DNA of 64,000 nt, from positions 5,269-69,268 of the forward strand of contig JAYTXU010000006.1 of the NCBI GenBank assembly GCA_043742785.1, written 5' to 3'. A model generated the notes under the pieces. That model worked only from the letters and a program-made list of their open reading frames with translations, searched no databases and was not told the DNA's origin. Shown here piece by piece: positions 16,696-26,101 of this stretch (its first letter is position 1; each line of letters starts with the position of its first letter). The stretch is from Candidatus Omnitrophota bacterium. Lineage in GTDB: Bacteria; Omnitrophota; Gorgyraeia; Zapsychrales; Fredricksoniimonadaceae. Made by a program: the position numbers and the translations under genes.

Positions 16696-17757
16696 GGCAA
16701 CAATTTTTTGGCTGTGAGAGAAGAGTTTAAGAAGAGATTGTTCGATTAAGGATTTATATTCTGCGTTCATTTTCAATTCTGCCATGATGGCTTGAGCTTT
16801 AGTTAAGCGAGAGTTCACATGTTTTAAAGCGTAGTTTAAGCTCCCTGATTCAATAAATATTTTCTTAACAGTTTCTAAATCAGAGAGTGTTTTAGTTTTC
16901 TTGCTAAAAATCTTTAAGAATTGAGCGCGAGTTTTTCCTTTTAAAGTTTTATACGCGTGAACCACCATAATTGTTTTCTTTTCTTCTGCTAAGTCGCTAA
17001 GAATAGATTTCCCGATATTTTTTTCTGTTTCATAAATTCCAATAATATCATCTTGAATTTGAAATGCTTGGCCTATGAGAATTCCAAATTTGGAAATTTT
17101 TTTAATATCGACTTTAGGAGCTCCAGCTAAGATAGCACCAGTTACCATCGGGCAATCAAAGGTATAACGGGCGGTTTTTAAAGTGTAATTAAGAAAAACA
17201 TCTTTTTCACTGACTTGATCAATTCTTTTGACACCAAAAACAGTATCGATAAATTCACCCATGGCTGTAAAAGCGGCCGTTTGAATGAAATATTTCAATG
17301 CGCGTTCTTTGCGTTCTAAGGGTTCTTTAATCGATAAGAAGGCATCAATAGCCAAGGCGTAAACAATATCGCCGGCAATAATACCTAAATCAATGCCTAA
17401 TTTATCCGGATTATTAGAAGGAACCGTATGGGCTAATACTTTGTGTAAGGTTGGTTTTCCTCTTCGCAAATCGGAACGGTCAATAATATCATCATGAATA
17501 AGCATGAAATTGTGTAAAAATTCCATACAGGTGGAAGCATTATATAGTTCTTGAGCAATTTTTTTATTCTTAGGGGAATAGGCTTTATAGGTGAGAATTA
17601 AAAGAAGGGGGCGTAGACGCTTGCCTTCACGCAAGGTGAATTCCCGAATGCTCTCAAATAAAAGAGGTGATGCTAAATGAAGGCGGTAGTCTTTTTTGAC
17701 TGTTTTAAGAAAGAGGGCTAAACTTTTATCGATATTTTCCCGTAAATGTTCGATCAT
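16675..17757 (-). CDS. Polyprenyl diphosphate synthase (trans-isoprenyl diphosphate synthase family)
   Basis: First Asp-rich motif LIHDDIIDRSDLRRG and second motif FQIQDDIIG. I chose ATG 17757 (MIEHL...) over the tracked TTG. Product chain length cannot be read from the sequence. Confidence 0.8.
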   Translation of the reverse strand: MIEHLRENIDKSLALFLKTVKKDYRLHLASPLLFESIREFTLREGKRLRPLLLILTYKAYSPKNKKIAQELYNASTCMEFLHNFMLIHDDIIDRSDLRRGKPTLHKVLAHTVPSNNPDKLGIDLGIIAGDIVYALAIDAFLSIKEPLERKERALKYFIQTAAFTAMGEFIDTVFGVKRIDQVSEKDVFLNYTLKTARYTFDCPMVTGAILAGAPKVDIKKISKFGILIGQAFQIQDDIIGIYETEKNIGKSILSDLAEEKKTIMVVHAYKTLKGKTRAQFLKIFSKKTKTLSDLETVKKIFIESGSLNYALKHVNSRLTKAQAIMAELKMNAEYKSLIEQSLLKLFSHSQKIVALYQPHR

Positions 17758-17869
17758 GGCGGATATCCTAGCACACAAGTTTGGAGGTCTCAATAAAACT
17801 TTATTTGTCTTTTTTGATTGCCTAAAAATTCAAGGGCTCTTACAATAGAACTAACAGGGAGAAGAATCT

Positions 17870-18499
17870 ATGAAACTTTTATTCACATTTTTGTTGAGTT
17901 TACTTCTTAATTCATCGGCTTTAGCTGCTACGATTCATTTTAAGGATGGACGAACTATTAGCGGGAAAATTTTACAACAAGATTCTTCCCTAGTGAAGAT
18001 TGATTTAAATGGTCTAGCCATGACGTATTATGTTGATGAAATAAAAGATATCGATGGAAAGGTTATGGAGAGTTTTGTTTCTAAGAGCTCAGCGCATGTT
18101 GTCGTAAAGCCAACAGTTTCCCTGGTTCCTCAATTTCCGCTTATAACACCCGATGATCCTGTAGAAAAAAGAACTTTAATGTTAAAATTTATTGATGTTT
18201 TTGGTACTCGCAGCGCCATGACACGTAATTTAGAGGCAATGTTAAATTCTATCGAGCAACAAAATCCCCTAGAGGCTAAGAAAATTCGTGATAATTTTAA
18301 AGTAGATGAAGTGATTGAAAGACTTATTCCTCTTTACGATAAACACTTCTCTTCGGATGAATTAAAAGCGTATATTGATTTTTATTCTTCGTATAAGGGC
18401 AAGAAGTTAATTACTAGTGTTGGAGAAATTATGAAGGAAAGTGTTGAGGTTAGCGCTAACTATTTGAAAGAAAAATTCCCAGAAATAGCCGGTAAATAA
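17870..18499 (+). CDS. Secreted protein, N-terminal small beta domain plus DUF2059-like C-terminal domain
   Basis: Signal peptide MKLLFTFLLSLLLNSSALA|AT and GGGAGAAG SD. The C-terminal YDKHFSSDELKAYIDFYSSYKGKKL resembles the DUF2059 signature. Confidence 0.5.
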   Translation: MKLLFTFLLSLLLNSSALAATIHFKDGRTISGKILQQDSSLVKIDLNGLAMTYYVDEIKDIDGKVMESFVSKSSAHVVVKPTVSLVPQFPLITPDDPVEKRTLMLKFIDVFGTRSAMTRNLEAMLNSIEQQNPLEAKKIRDNFKVDEVIERLIPLYDKHFSSDELKAYIDFYSSYKGKKLITSVGEIMKESVEVSANYLKEKFPEIAGK

Positions 18500-18574
18500 T
18501 AATTTATTATAGGCATAAGTTATTTATTCACAACATCTTATGATCTTTATAAGAAAATCGTGAGCTTTTTTAAG

Positions 18575-18603
18575 TTGACCTTCTAAGTAATCTTTGATAT
18601 ATT
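18575..18603 (+). promoter_or_regulatory. Sigma70-type promoter of the pur operon
   Basis: TTGACC (18575-18580), a 17-nt spacer, then an extended -10 TGaTATATT (18595-18603). This leaves a leader of about 50 nt before the purB AAGGAG SD. Confidence 0.55.
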
Positions 18604-18658
18604 CTTTCTCGCATTTCATTCCTACATTTTTATATTAACCTTGAGTTAAGGAGTTGTC

Positions 18659-19954
18659 ATGATTGATCGTTATTCCCTTTCAAAAATGAGCCGTATTTGG
18701 TCGGATGAGCATAAGATGGAAATTATGCTTAAGATTGAAATCTTAGCTTGTGAATCCATGACAAAGTTAGGAATGATTCCTAAACAAGCAATGGAAAAAA
18801 TTCGTAAGAATGCTAAATTTGATTTAGATGAAGTTCGTCGTATTGAAGAACGCACCAAGCATGATGTAGTTGCTTTTATTCAAAATGTTGGACAAAGCCT
18901 AGGACCTGAAGCGCAGTATCTTCATATGGGGATGACGTCTTCAGATTTGTTAGACACTTCCTTGTCTTTGCAATGTGTAGAAGCTTGTGACATTCTAATT
19001 GTAGATGTAAAAAAATTATTGTCTGTTCTTAAAGAAAAGGCTAAGAAGTATAAAGATACTATTTGTATAGCCCGTACCCATGGTGTTCATGCAGAACCAA
19101 CGACATTTGGTTTAAAATTAGCCAATTGGTATGATGAAATGGTGCGCAACTTGGAACGTTTACAACAAGCGCGAGAGATGATGCGTTATGGTAAATTATC
19201 AGGCGCTGTTGGAACTTATGCGAATATTGATCCAGCTGTAGAAGAGTATGTTTGTGCTCAGTTGGATTTGAAACCAGCGAATGTGGCCACTCAAATTTTA
19301 CAGCGTGATCTACATTGTCAATTGATGTGGGTTGTGGCTATGATTGGATGTTCACTAGAGAAATTTGCGACTGAAATCCGTGCTTTACAAAAGACTGAGA
19401 TTTTGGAAGTAGAAGAGCCTTTCTTTAAGGGACAAATTGGTTCTTCAGCGATGCCTCACAAGAGAAATCCTGTCACTTGTGAACGTATCTGCGGTATGTC
19501 TCGTATTTTAAGGGCGAACGCGATGGTGTCTTTTGAAAATATTAATCTTTGGCATGAACGTGATATCAGCCATTCTTCCGCTGAGCGCGTGATTTTACCT
19601 GATTCAACGATTGCCTTGAATTATATGTTGAATAAATTTATTCCGATCATTGAAGGACTTTTAGTCTATCCAAAAAACATGATCACTTCACTTTCTAAGA
19701 CCCGCGGGCTTATTTATTCTCAACGTCTTCTTTTAGAATTAATGAAAAAAGGTATTTCCCGTGATGCAGCCTATGACACTATTCAGTCATGTGCGATGCA
19801 GGTCTGGCAAGAAAGTTCAGAATTTAAAGATGTTCTCTATCGTGATAGACGTGTACGCAAGCATTTATCTAAGAATGAGATTGATGGCTGTTTTGATATT
19901 AAACATTATATCCGCCATCGTGACTATATCTTCAAACGTGCAGGAATTAAATAA
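18659..19954 (+). CDS. purB: Adenylosuccinate lyase
   Basis: Fumarate-lyase signature GSSAMPHKRNP. Length and pur-cluster context fit. Confidence 0.9.
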   Translation: MIDRYSLSKMSRIWSDEHKMEIMLKIEILACESMTKLGMIPKQAMEKIRKNAKFDLDEVRRIEERTKHDVVAFIQNVGQSLGPEAQYLHMGMTSSDLLDTSLSLQCVEACDILIVDVKKLLSVLKEKAKKYKDTICIARTHGVHAEPTTFGLKLANWYDEMVRNLERLQQAREMMRYGKLSGAVGTYANIDPAVEEYVCAQLDLKPANVATQILQRDLHCQLMWVVAMIGCSLEKFATEIRALQKTEILEVEEPFFKGQIGSSAMPHKRNPVTCERICGMSRILRANAMVSFENINLWHERDISHSSAERVILPDSTIALNYMLNKFIPIIEGLLVYPKNMITSLSKTRGLIYSQRLLLELMKKGISRDAAYDTIQSCAMQVWQESSEFKDVLYRDRRVRKHLSKNEIDGCFDIKHYIRHRDYIFKRAGIK

Positions 19955-19967
19955 GGATTGATAAATT

Positions 19968-20672
19968 ATGCGAAAAATTGATCAAATTTATGAAGGTAAA
20001 GCCAAAATTCTTTATACAACAGAGAATCCTGATCTTTTGATTCAATATTTTAAAGATGATGCTACAGCTTTTAATGCCCAGAAAAAAGGAACCATTGAAG
20101 AAAAAGGCATTATGAATAATCGCATTGCTTCTAAGATATTTGAATATTTAACAACTGTTGGTGTTCAGACTCATTTTGTGAAGAATCTAAGTGATCGGGA
20201 GATGTTGGTTAAGAGAGTCAACATTGTTCCTATCGAAGTTATTGTTCGTAATCGTGCGGCAGGATCTTTATGCCGTTTGTTAGGATTGCAGGAAGGTTTG
20301 CAGTTAGCCTGTTCAACCTTGGAATTTTGTTTCAAGGAAGACAAATTAGGAGATCCTTTAATCAATGAGTATCACATTAGAGCTCTTAATCTGGCAACTG
20401 ATGAAGAGATGAAGAAAATTTCACAAATGGCTCTGGCTATTAATGGTCATTTAAAGAAGTTCTTCTTGAATCTCAATATTGAATTGATTGATTTTAAATT
20501 AGAGTTTGGCCGTTATAAGGGTGACATTATCTTAGCCGATGAAATCTCTCCTGACACTTGCCGTTTGTGGGAAGTCGGTACAGGCAATAAGTTAGACAAA
20601 GATCGTTTCCGTCGAGATTTAGGTAATATTGAAGAAGCTTACAAAGAAGTCCTACGAAGAGTCTCGAGCTAG
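19968..20672 (+). CDS. purC: Phosphoribosylaminoimidazole-succinocarboxamide (SAICAR) synthase
   Basis: N-terminal YEGKAKILY and LADEISPDTCRLW motifs. Confidence 0.9.
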   Translation: MRKIDQIYEGKAKILYTTENPDLLIQYFKDDATAFNAQKKGTIEEKGIMNNRIASKIFEYLTTVGVQTHFVKNLSDREMLVKRVNIVPIEVIVRNRAAGSLCRLLGLQEGLQLACSTLEFCFKEDKLGDPLINEYHIRALNLATDEEMKKISQMALAINGHLKKFFLNLNIELIDFKLEFGRYKGDIILADEISPDTCRLWEVGTGNKLDKDRFRRDLGNIEEAYKEVLRRVSS

Positions 20673-23564
20673 ATGATTTGGCGTGTTGAAATAAAATTAA
20701 AAAGCGGCTTTTTGGATTCCGTTGGCCAAGCTGTCTTAAAAGACATTGCTGATTTAGGAATTGGTTCTTTGAGCAATGTTCGCGTGGTGTCCGTCTATCT
20801 TTTAGAGGGGGATATTTCACGGGAAGATGTTAAACGTATTTGTGAAGAACTTTTAGTTGATCCTATCGTTGAAGAGTACGGATTTTCCCTTTCTGCTCAA
20901 AAATCAAATCAAGATCATCATGTTGTTGAGATTGCTTATAATCCTGGGGTTATGGATCCTGTTGAGGCTTCCACCCTTAAAGGGATTTGTGATTTAGGAA
21001 TAGAGAAAATTCAAGCTCTGCGTACGGCTAGGCAGTATCATTTTTGGGGAAGTCTAACTCCCAAGGAATTAGAACAAATCACTAATCGCGTGTTGATGAA
21101 TAAACTCATTCAGCATGCAGTTAAGACTTCAGCTCAAGCTATCCCAACGACCCTGATTTTATCAACTCCAGTACAATCAAAATTTGATATCGTTGTGGTC
21201 GAACTTCTTAATGCTTCTGATAAAGATTTGATAAAAATTTCTTCCCAAGGACAATTGTATTTGAACCTTAATGAAATGAAGGCTATTCAAGTGCATTTCA
21301 AGAAGGAAGGCCGGAGCCCAAGTGATGTAGAATTAGAGACTATTGCACAAACATGGAGTGAACATTGTAATCACAAAACTTTTCGTGGGATTATTCGTTA
21401 TCGTCAGGGGAAGAAGGGTAAGGCTAAAATTATTAAAAGTCTTTTTAAGACGACGATTGCTAAGGTCACTAATGATTTAAAGAAAAAATGGTGTATTTCT
21501 GTATTCCATGATAATGCGGGAGTTATTGCTTTTGATCGTGATTATCATGTTTGTTTTAAGGTCGAAACGCACAATCATCCTTCAGCTTTAGAGCCATTTG
21601 GAGGAGCTAATACGGGATTAGGTGGAGTTATTCGTGATACATTGGGAACAGGTTTAGCGGCCAAACCGTTGGCTAATACCGATGTATTTTGTTTTGCTCC
21701 TCCAACGACTTCTGTCAGTGAAATTCCCGTAGGTGCTCTGCATCCAAAACGTGTGATGAAGGGAGTTGTTTCAGGCGTTCGTGATTATGGCAATAAAATG
21801 GGCATCCCCACTGTCAATGGAGCTATTGTTTTTGATAAGTATTTTGTTGGCAATCCATTAGTATTCTGCGGTAACGTTGGACTTATTCCAGTAGGTAAAG
21901 AAATTAAAAAGGTTAGAAAAGGTGATTTGATTGTGGCTGTTGGAGGGAAGACAGGACGCGATGGTATTCATGGCGCAACATTTTCTTCGGGGGAATTAAC
22001 CAGCGAATCTGAAACGGTTTCTTCAGGAGCCGTACAAATTGGCAATCCTATCGAACAGAAGAAGGTTCTAGATGCTCTTTTAAAAGCTAGAGATAAAAAT
22101 CTTTTTACAGGTTTAACTGATTGTGGAGCCGGTGGATTTTCGAGTGCTGTTGGTGAAATGGGAGCCCAAACGGGAGCTCGAGTTGATTTGGATAAAGCTC
22201 CTCTTAAATACCAAGGACTTAGCTATACAGAGATTTGGATTTCTGAATCTCAAGAACGAATGGTGATGTCGGTTCCTCCAGCGAAGATTGACGAGTTATT
22301 GAAAGTTTTTGCTGATGAGAATGTGGAAGCTGTTGTATTAGGTGAATTTGACGGTAGCGGACGTTTACAACTATTTTTTCAAGGTCATCAGGTTTGCGAT
22401 TTAGATATGCATTTTCTACATGATGGTTTGCCTAAGATTATTAAAGAAGCTGTTTATGTTCCACCCGTATTAAAAGCAGAGAGATTATTAGCTAAAAAAG
22501 ATTTAACCGAGGATCTCTGCGAAGCCTTGGCGCATTTTAATGTTGCCTCTAAGGAATCGGTAATTCGTGTTTATGATCATGAGGTTCAGGGAACAAGTGT
22601 TATTAAACCTTTGGTAGGTGTTCATACCGATGGTCCATCCGATGCTGCAGTTATCTCTCCTCGATTAGGTTCTAAAAAAGGGGTAGCTATTAGTAACGGA
22701 ATTAATATTCGCTTTGGCATGATTGATCCCTATTGGATGGCTGCTTCCTGTATTGATGAAGCGATCCGTCAGATTATTTCTGTTGGTGGCGCTTTAGATC
22801 GCATTGCTTTGCTTGATAATTTTTGCTGGGGGAACCCAGATAAGTCGGATCGACTAGGTTCCTTGGTACGATGTGCGCAAGGTTGTTACCAGGCTGCTAA
22901 ATCTTTTGCGACACCGTTTATTTCAGGGAAGGATAGTTTGTATAATGAATATACTGATAAAGGAAAATCATTAGCGATTCCTGGGACCATTCTTATTTCT
23001 GCTATCGGTATTGTGGAGGACATATCCAAGGTTGTGACCATGGATTTCAAGAAGGCGGGAAATAGTATTTATGTAGTTGGCAATACCTTTGATGAATTAG
23101 GCGGATCGATTTATTTAGCTAATCAAGATCAGATAGGCAAGAATGTTCCTCAGGTGCGTTTTTCTTATGCGGTTAAAACATATAGAGCCATTGAGAAGGC
23201 TGTGAAGTTAGGCATTATTTCTTCCATGCATGATATTTCAGAGGGTGGATTGGCTGTAGCATTGGCAGAGATGGCTTTTGCTGGCGGATTAGGTGTGACG
23301 GCTTTTGTGAAAGCTATTCCTTATCAAGGAAAACGAAAATCCGAAGATGTTATCCTTTTCTCTGAAAGTAATTCACGCTTTCTTGTTGAAGTTGAGGCTC
23401 GTCATGAGAAATCTTTTAAATCAGCTTTAAAAGGAATTGCTCATGCGAAGCTAGGGATGGTTGAGGCAACGCCGGAGATGATTGTTTATGGCTTTAAAGA
23501 CCAAGTTGTTGTGAATGCAAATATTTTTGATCTTAAAAACGTTTGGCAAACTCCTCTGAGGTAA
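20673..23564 (+). CDS. purL: FGAM synthase subunit II with two fused N-terminal PurS-like domains (PurS-PurS-PurL)
   Basis: aa 1-75 and ~83-150 look PurS-like (WRVEIKLKSGFLDSVGQAV...; VVEIAYNPGVMDPVEAS...). The PurL core follows: SEHCNHKTF, VETHNHPSALEPFGGA, ISGKDSL. A separate purQ lies downstream. Confidence 0.8.
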   Translation: MIWRVEIKLKSGFLDSVGQAVLKDIADLGIGSLSNVRVVSVYLLEGDISREDVKRICEELLVDPIVEEYGFSLSAQKSNQDHHVVEIAYNPGVMDPVEASTLKGICDLGIEKIQALRTARQYHFWGSLTPKELEQITNRVLMNKLIQHAVKTSAQAIPTTLILSTPVQSKFDIVVVELLNASDKDLIKISSQGQLYLNLNEMKAIQVHFKKEGRSPSDVELETIAQTWSEHCNHKTFRGIIRYRQGKKGKAKIIKSLFKTTIAKVTNDLKKKWCISVFHDNAGVIAFDRDYHVCFKVETHNHPSALEPFGGANTGLGGVIRDTLGTGLAAKPLANTDVFCFAPPTTSVSEIPVGALHPKRVMKGVVSGVRDYGNKMGIPTVNGAIVFDKYFVGNPLVFCGNVGLIPVGKEIKKVRKGDLIVAVGGKTGRDGIHGATFSSGELTSESETVSSGAVQIGNPIEQKKVLDALLKARDKNLFTGLTDCGAGGFSSAVGEMGAQTGARVDLDKAPLKYQGLSYTEIWISESQERMVMSVPPAKIDELLKVFADENVEAVVLGEFDGSGRLQLFFQGHQVCDLDMHFLHDGLPKIIKEAVYVPPVLKAERLLAKKDLTEDLCEALAHFNVASKESVIRVYDHEVQGTSVIKPLVGVHTDGPSDAAVISPRLGSKKGVAISNGINIRFGMIDPYWMAASCIDEAIRQIISVGGALDRIALLDNFCWGNPDKSDRLGSLVRCAQGCYQAAKSFATPFISGKDSLYNEYTDKGKSLAIPGTILISAIGIVEDISKVVTMDFKKAGNSIYVVGNTFDELGGSIYLANQDQIGKNVPQVRFSYAVKTYRAIEKAVKLGIISSMHDISEGGLAVALAEMAFAGGLGVTAFVKAIPYQGKRKSEDVILFSESNSRFLVEVEARHEKSFKSALKGIAHAKLGMVEATPEMIVYGFKDQVVVNANIFDLKNVWQTPLR

Positions 23565-23566
23565 GA

Positions 23567-24235
23567 ATGATAAAAACAAAGAAATATTCAAAGTCTCCTG
23601 ATTTAGATTTAATGGAAGATCCGTGGCGGATTTTTCGTATTATGGCGGAATTTGTTGATGGATTTGAAGAACTTAAAGATGTAGGCCGTGCGGTCAGTAT
23701 TTTTGGCTCTGCTCGTATTAAGCCGGGTCATCCTTATTATCAAGCGGCAGACAAAACAGCTTTTCTTTTAGTTAAAGCGGGTTATGCAGTTATTACAGGT
23801 GGCGGCCCAAGCATTATGGAAGCGAGTAATAAAGGAGCAGCGAAAGCAGGCGGACAATCTATAGGGCTTAATATTGATTTACCTTTTGAACAGAAACCTA
23901 ATCCTTTTATTAATCATTTAATTAATTTTCATTATTTCTTTTGTCGTAAGGTTTGTTTTGTTAAATATGCTAAGGCTTTTGTTATTTTTCCTGGAGGTTT
24001 TGGCACCTTAGATGAATTATCAGAGAGTCTTACCCTTATTCAAACACAGCGCATGGAAAAATTTCCTGTTATTCTTTATGGTAGTAAATATTGGAAAGGT
24101 CTTTTAGATTGGTTTGCCGGTTCTATGTTAGAAGAAGGATGTATTGATGCGAAAGATTTAGACTTTATTCAGGTCGCGGATAAACCTGAGGATGTTATAA
24201 AAATTATTAAGAAGTTTTATCTGAAAAAGAAATAA
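23567..24235 (+). CDS. LOG family / TIGR00730-type nucleotide 5'-monophosphate nucleosidase
   Basis: GGGPSIMEA and PGGFGTLDE motifs. The ATG at 23567 starts 3 nt after the purL stop. Confidence 0.75.
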   Translation: MIKTKKYSKSPDLDLMEDPWRIFRIMAEFVDGFEELKDVGRAVSIFGSARIKPGHPYYQAADKTAFLLVKAGYAVITGGGPSIMEASNKGAAKAGGQSIGLNIDLPFEQKPNPFINHLINFHYFFCRKVCFVKYAKAFVIFPGGFGTLDELSESLTLIQTQRMEKFPVILYGSKYWKGLLDWFAGSMLEEGCIDAKDLDFIQVADKPEDVIKIIKKFYLKKK

Positions 24236-24297
24236 TGTAGGGGCGACCCCCTGTGGTCGCTATCAAATGAGGACAGGCATAGGGGCCTGTCCGTACA
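24236..24297. repeat. REP-like GC-rich double hairpin element
   Basis: Hairpin 1 is GCGACC (24243-24248) / GGTCGC (24255-24260). Hairpin 2 is GGACAGGC (24271-24278) / GCCTGTCC (24285-24292). The element starts with TGTAGGGGC. Its GC content is far above the AT-rich surroundings. Confidence 0.55.
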
Positions 24298-24308
24298 AAC
24301 GGAATGAT

Positions 24309-25100
24309 ATGAGTAAGAATGTTCGTGTATTAGTTTTGCGCACTGCAGGAACCAATTGCAATGAGGAAACAGCGTATGCTTTTTCTTATTTCGGCGCAGC
24401 TGTTGATCAAGTGCATGTCAATGAATTGGTCGCAGGCACGAAGAAACTTTTGGATTATCAAATCCTGGCCTTGCCTGGCGGCTTTAGCTATGGCGATGAT
24501 ATTGCTTCAGGCCGTATTTTAGCCAATGAACTGCGTTTAAAGCTGGGCGGTGATATCAAGAAATTTATTGCGGATGGTAAATTAGTAATTGGTATTTGCA
24601 ATGGTTTTCAAATTCTAGTGAAAGCGGGAATTCTTCCTGGATTGGGTTTAAACGCCGGACAGGAAGCAACCTTGTTTCATAATGATTCCGCTAAATTTGA
24701 AGCCCGTTGGACGCATTTGACTGTTACCGGAGAGAAATCCGTTTGGACTAAAGGTATTCAACAACAAATTTATCTTCCTGTTGCTCATGGAGAGGGAAAG
24801 TTTATTCCTCGTGACCCAAAGGTTTTAGAAACATTAAAAGCCAATGGTCAGATTGTTTTTCATTATTGTGCGGCGAACGGTGCTGTACCTTTATACCCAG
24901 ATAATCCTAACGGTTCAACCGAGCATATCGCAGGTATTTGTGATACCACGGGCCGTGTGTTAGGATTAATGCCTCATCCTGAGCGTCATTTTTTATCTCA
25001 TCAGCATCCGTTCTGGATGCGTTTAGGGAAGAAAGACAAGCTGGGTGATGGAGCAAAGATTTTCGAAAACGGCATTAATTACGCGAAAGAACAATTATGA
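24309..25100 (+). CDS. purQ: FGAM synthase subunit I (glutamine amidotransferase)
   Basis: Nucleophile elbow GICNGFQ and catalytic MPHPER. I moved the start to ATG 24309 because the tracked N-terminal 14 codons read through the REP-like hairpin. Confidence 0.85.
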   Translation: MSKNVRVLVLRTAGTNCNEETAYAFSYFGAAVDQVHVNELVAGTKKLLDYQILALPGGFSYGDDIASGRILANELRLKLGGDIKKFIADGKLVIGICNGFQILVKAGILPGLGLNAGQEATLFHNDSAKFEARWTHLTVTGEKSVWTKGIQQQIYLPVAHGEGKFIPRDPKVLETLKANGQIVFHYCAANGAVPLYPDNPNGSTEHIAGICDTTGRVLGLMPHPERHFLSHQHPFWMRLGKKDKLGDGAKIFENGINYAKEQL

Positions 25101-26101
25101 GCAAGGTTTTAACCTATAAAAAAGCAGGGGTTGATATTGCTAAGGCTAATCGATTTGTTGATGCGATTAAGTTAATATCGAAATCAACCATCAATAAGCA
25201 TGTACTTAATAAGCTTGGCTCATTTGGAGCTTTATTTGATTTAGGGTCGTTTAAATATAAGAATCCAGTTCTTGTTTCTTCGACGGACGGCGTAGGTACT
25301 AAACTTTTAGTGGCTAATCTCATCAAGAAGCACGATACGGTAGGAATCGATTTAGTCGCGATGAACGTGAACGATCTTCTTTGTACAGGCGCTAAGCCTT
25401 TATTTTTTTTGGATTATATTGCGACTGGTAAGCTGAACAATACCACTATGAAATCTGTGATGAAGGGGATTGTGGCTGGTTGTCATCTGTCTGGCTGTGC
25501 CTTGATCGGTGGCGAAACCGCAGAGATGCCTGATATGTATAAAGGCGAAGAATATGATTTAGCTGGTTTTACAGTTGGTATTGTAGAAAAAGATAAAATT
25601 ATTGATGGCTCATTGCTTAAAGTGGGGGATGTTCTGATTGGCCTTCCTTCTTCAGGACTGCATTCCAATGGATATTCCCTTGCTCGCAAAGCATTAAGTG
25701 CAGCTCAGCAGAAAGAATATGGTCAAATTTTAATTAAGCCGACCTGTATTTATGTCAAACAAGTCCTAGCTCTTTTAGAGAAATTCTCCGTTAAGGGAAT
25801 GGCTCATATGACGGGTGGTGCCTGGTATGAAAAGCTAACTAAAATTCTACCAAAGGGGCATGCTTTTTCTGTCAATAAAGGCAGCTGGCCTATTCCCCGT
25901 ATTTTCCAATTGATTCAAGATAAGGGTCATATTCCCGAACACGATATGTACCGTACTTTTAATATGGGGATTGGATTTTGCTTGGTGGCTTCTCCAAAGG
26001 ATGTGACGGGAGTACAGGTGTTCTTACGCAGTCAGCATCAAGAGTCTTTTGTGATTGGTAAGGTTATCCAGGATTCAAAACGTAAGGTAGTTTTTCAATG
26101 A
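25097..26101 (+). CDS. purM: Phosphoribosylformylglycinamidine cyclo-ligase (AIR synthase)
   Basis: YKKAGVDI, STDGVGTK and GGETAEMP motifs. Confidence 0.9.
   Translation: MSKVLTYKKAGVDIAKANRFVDAIKLISKSTINKHVLNKLGSFGALFDLGSFKYKNPVLVSSTDGVGTKLLVANLIKKHDTVGIDLVAMNVNDLLCTGAKPLFFLDYIATGKLNNTTMKSVMKGIVAGCHLSGCALIGGETAEMPDMYKGEEYDLAGFTVGIVEKDKIIDGSLLKVGDVLIGLPSSGLHSNGYSLARKALSAAQQKEYGQILIKPTCIYVKQVLALLEKFSVKGMAHMTGGAWYEKLTKILPKGHAFSVNKGSWPIPRIFQLIQDKGHIPEHDMYRTFNMGIGFCLVASPKDVTGVQVFLRSQHQESFVIGKVIQDSKRKVVFQ

Noticed and set aside
18604-18658. Purine or ZTP riboswitch in the purB leader
   Set aside because: The leader is only about 50 nt and AT-rich. It has none of the conserved purine-riboswitch or pfl/ZTP core sequences or paired helices.
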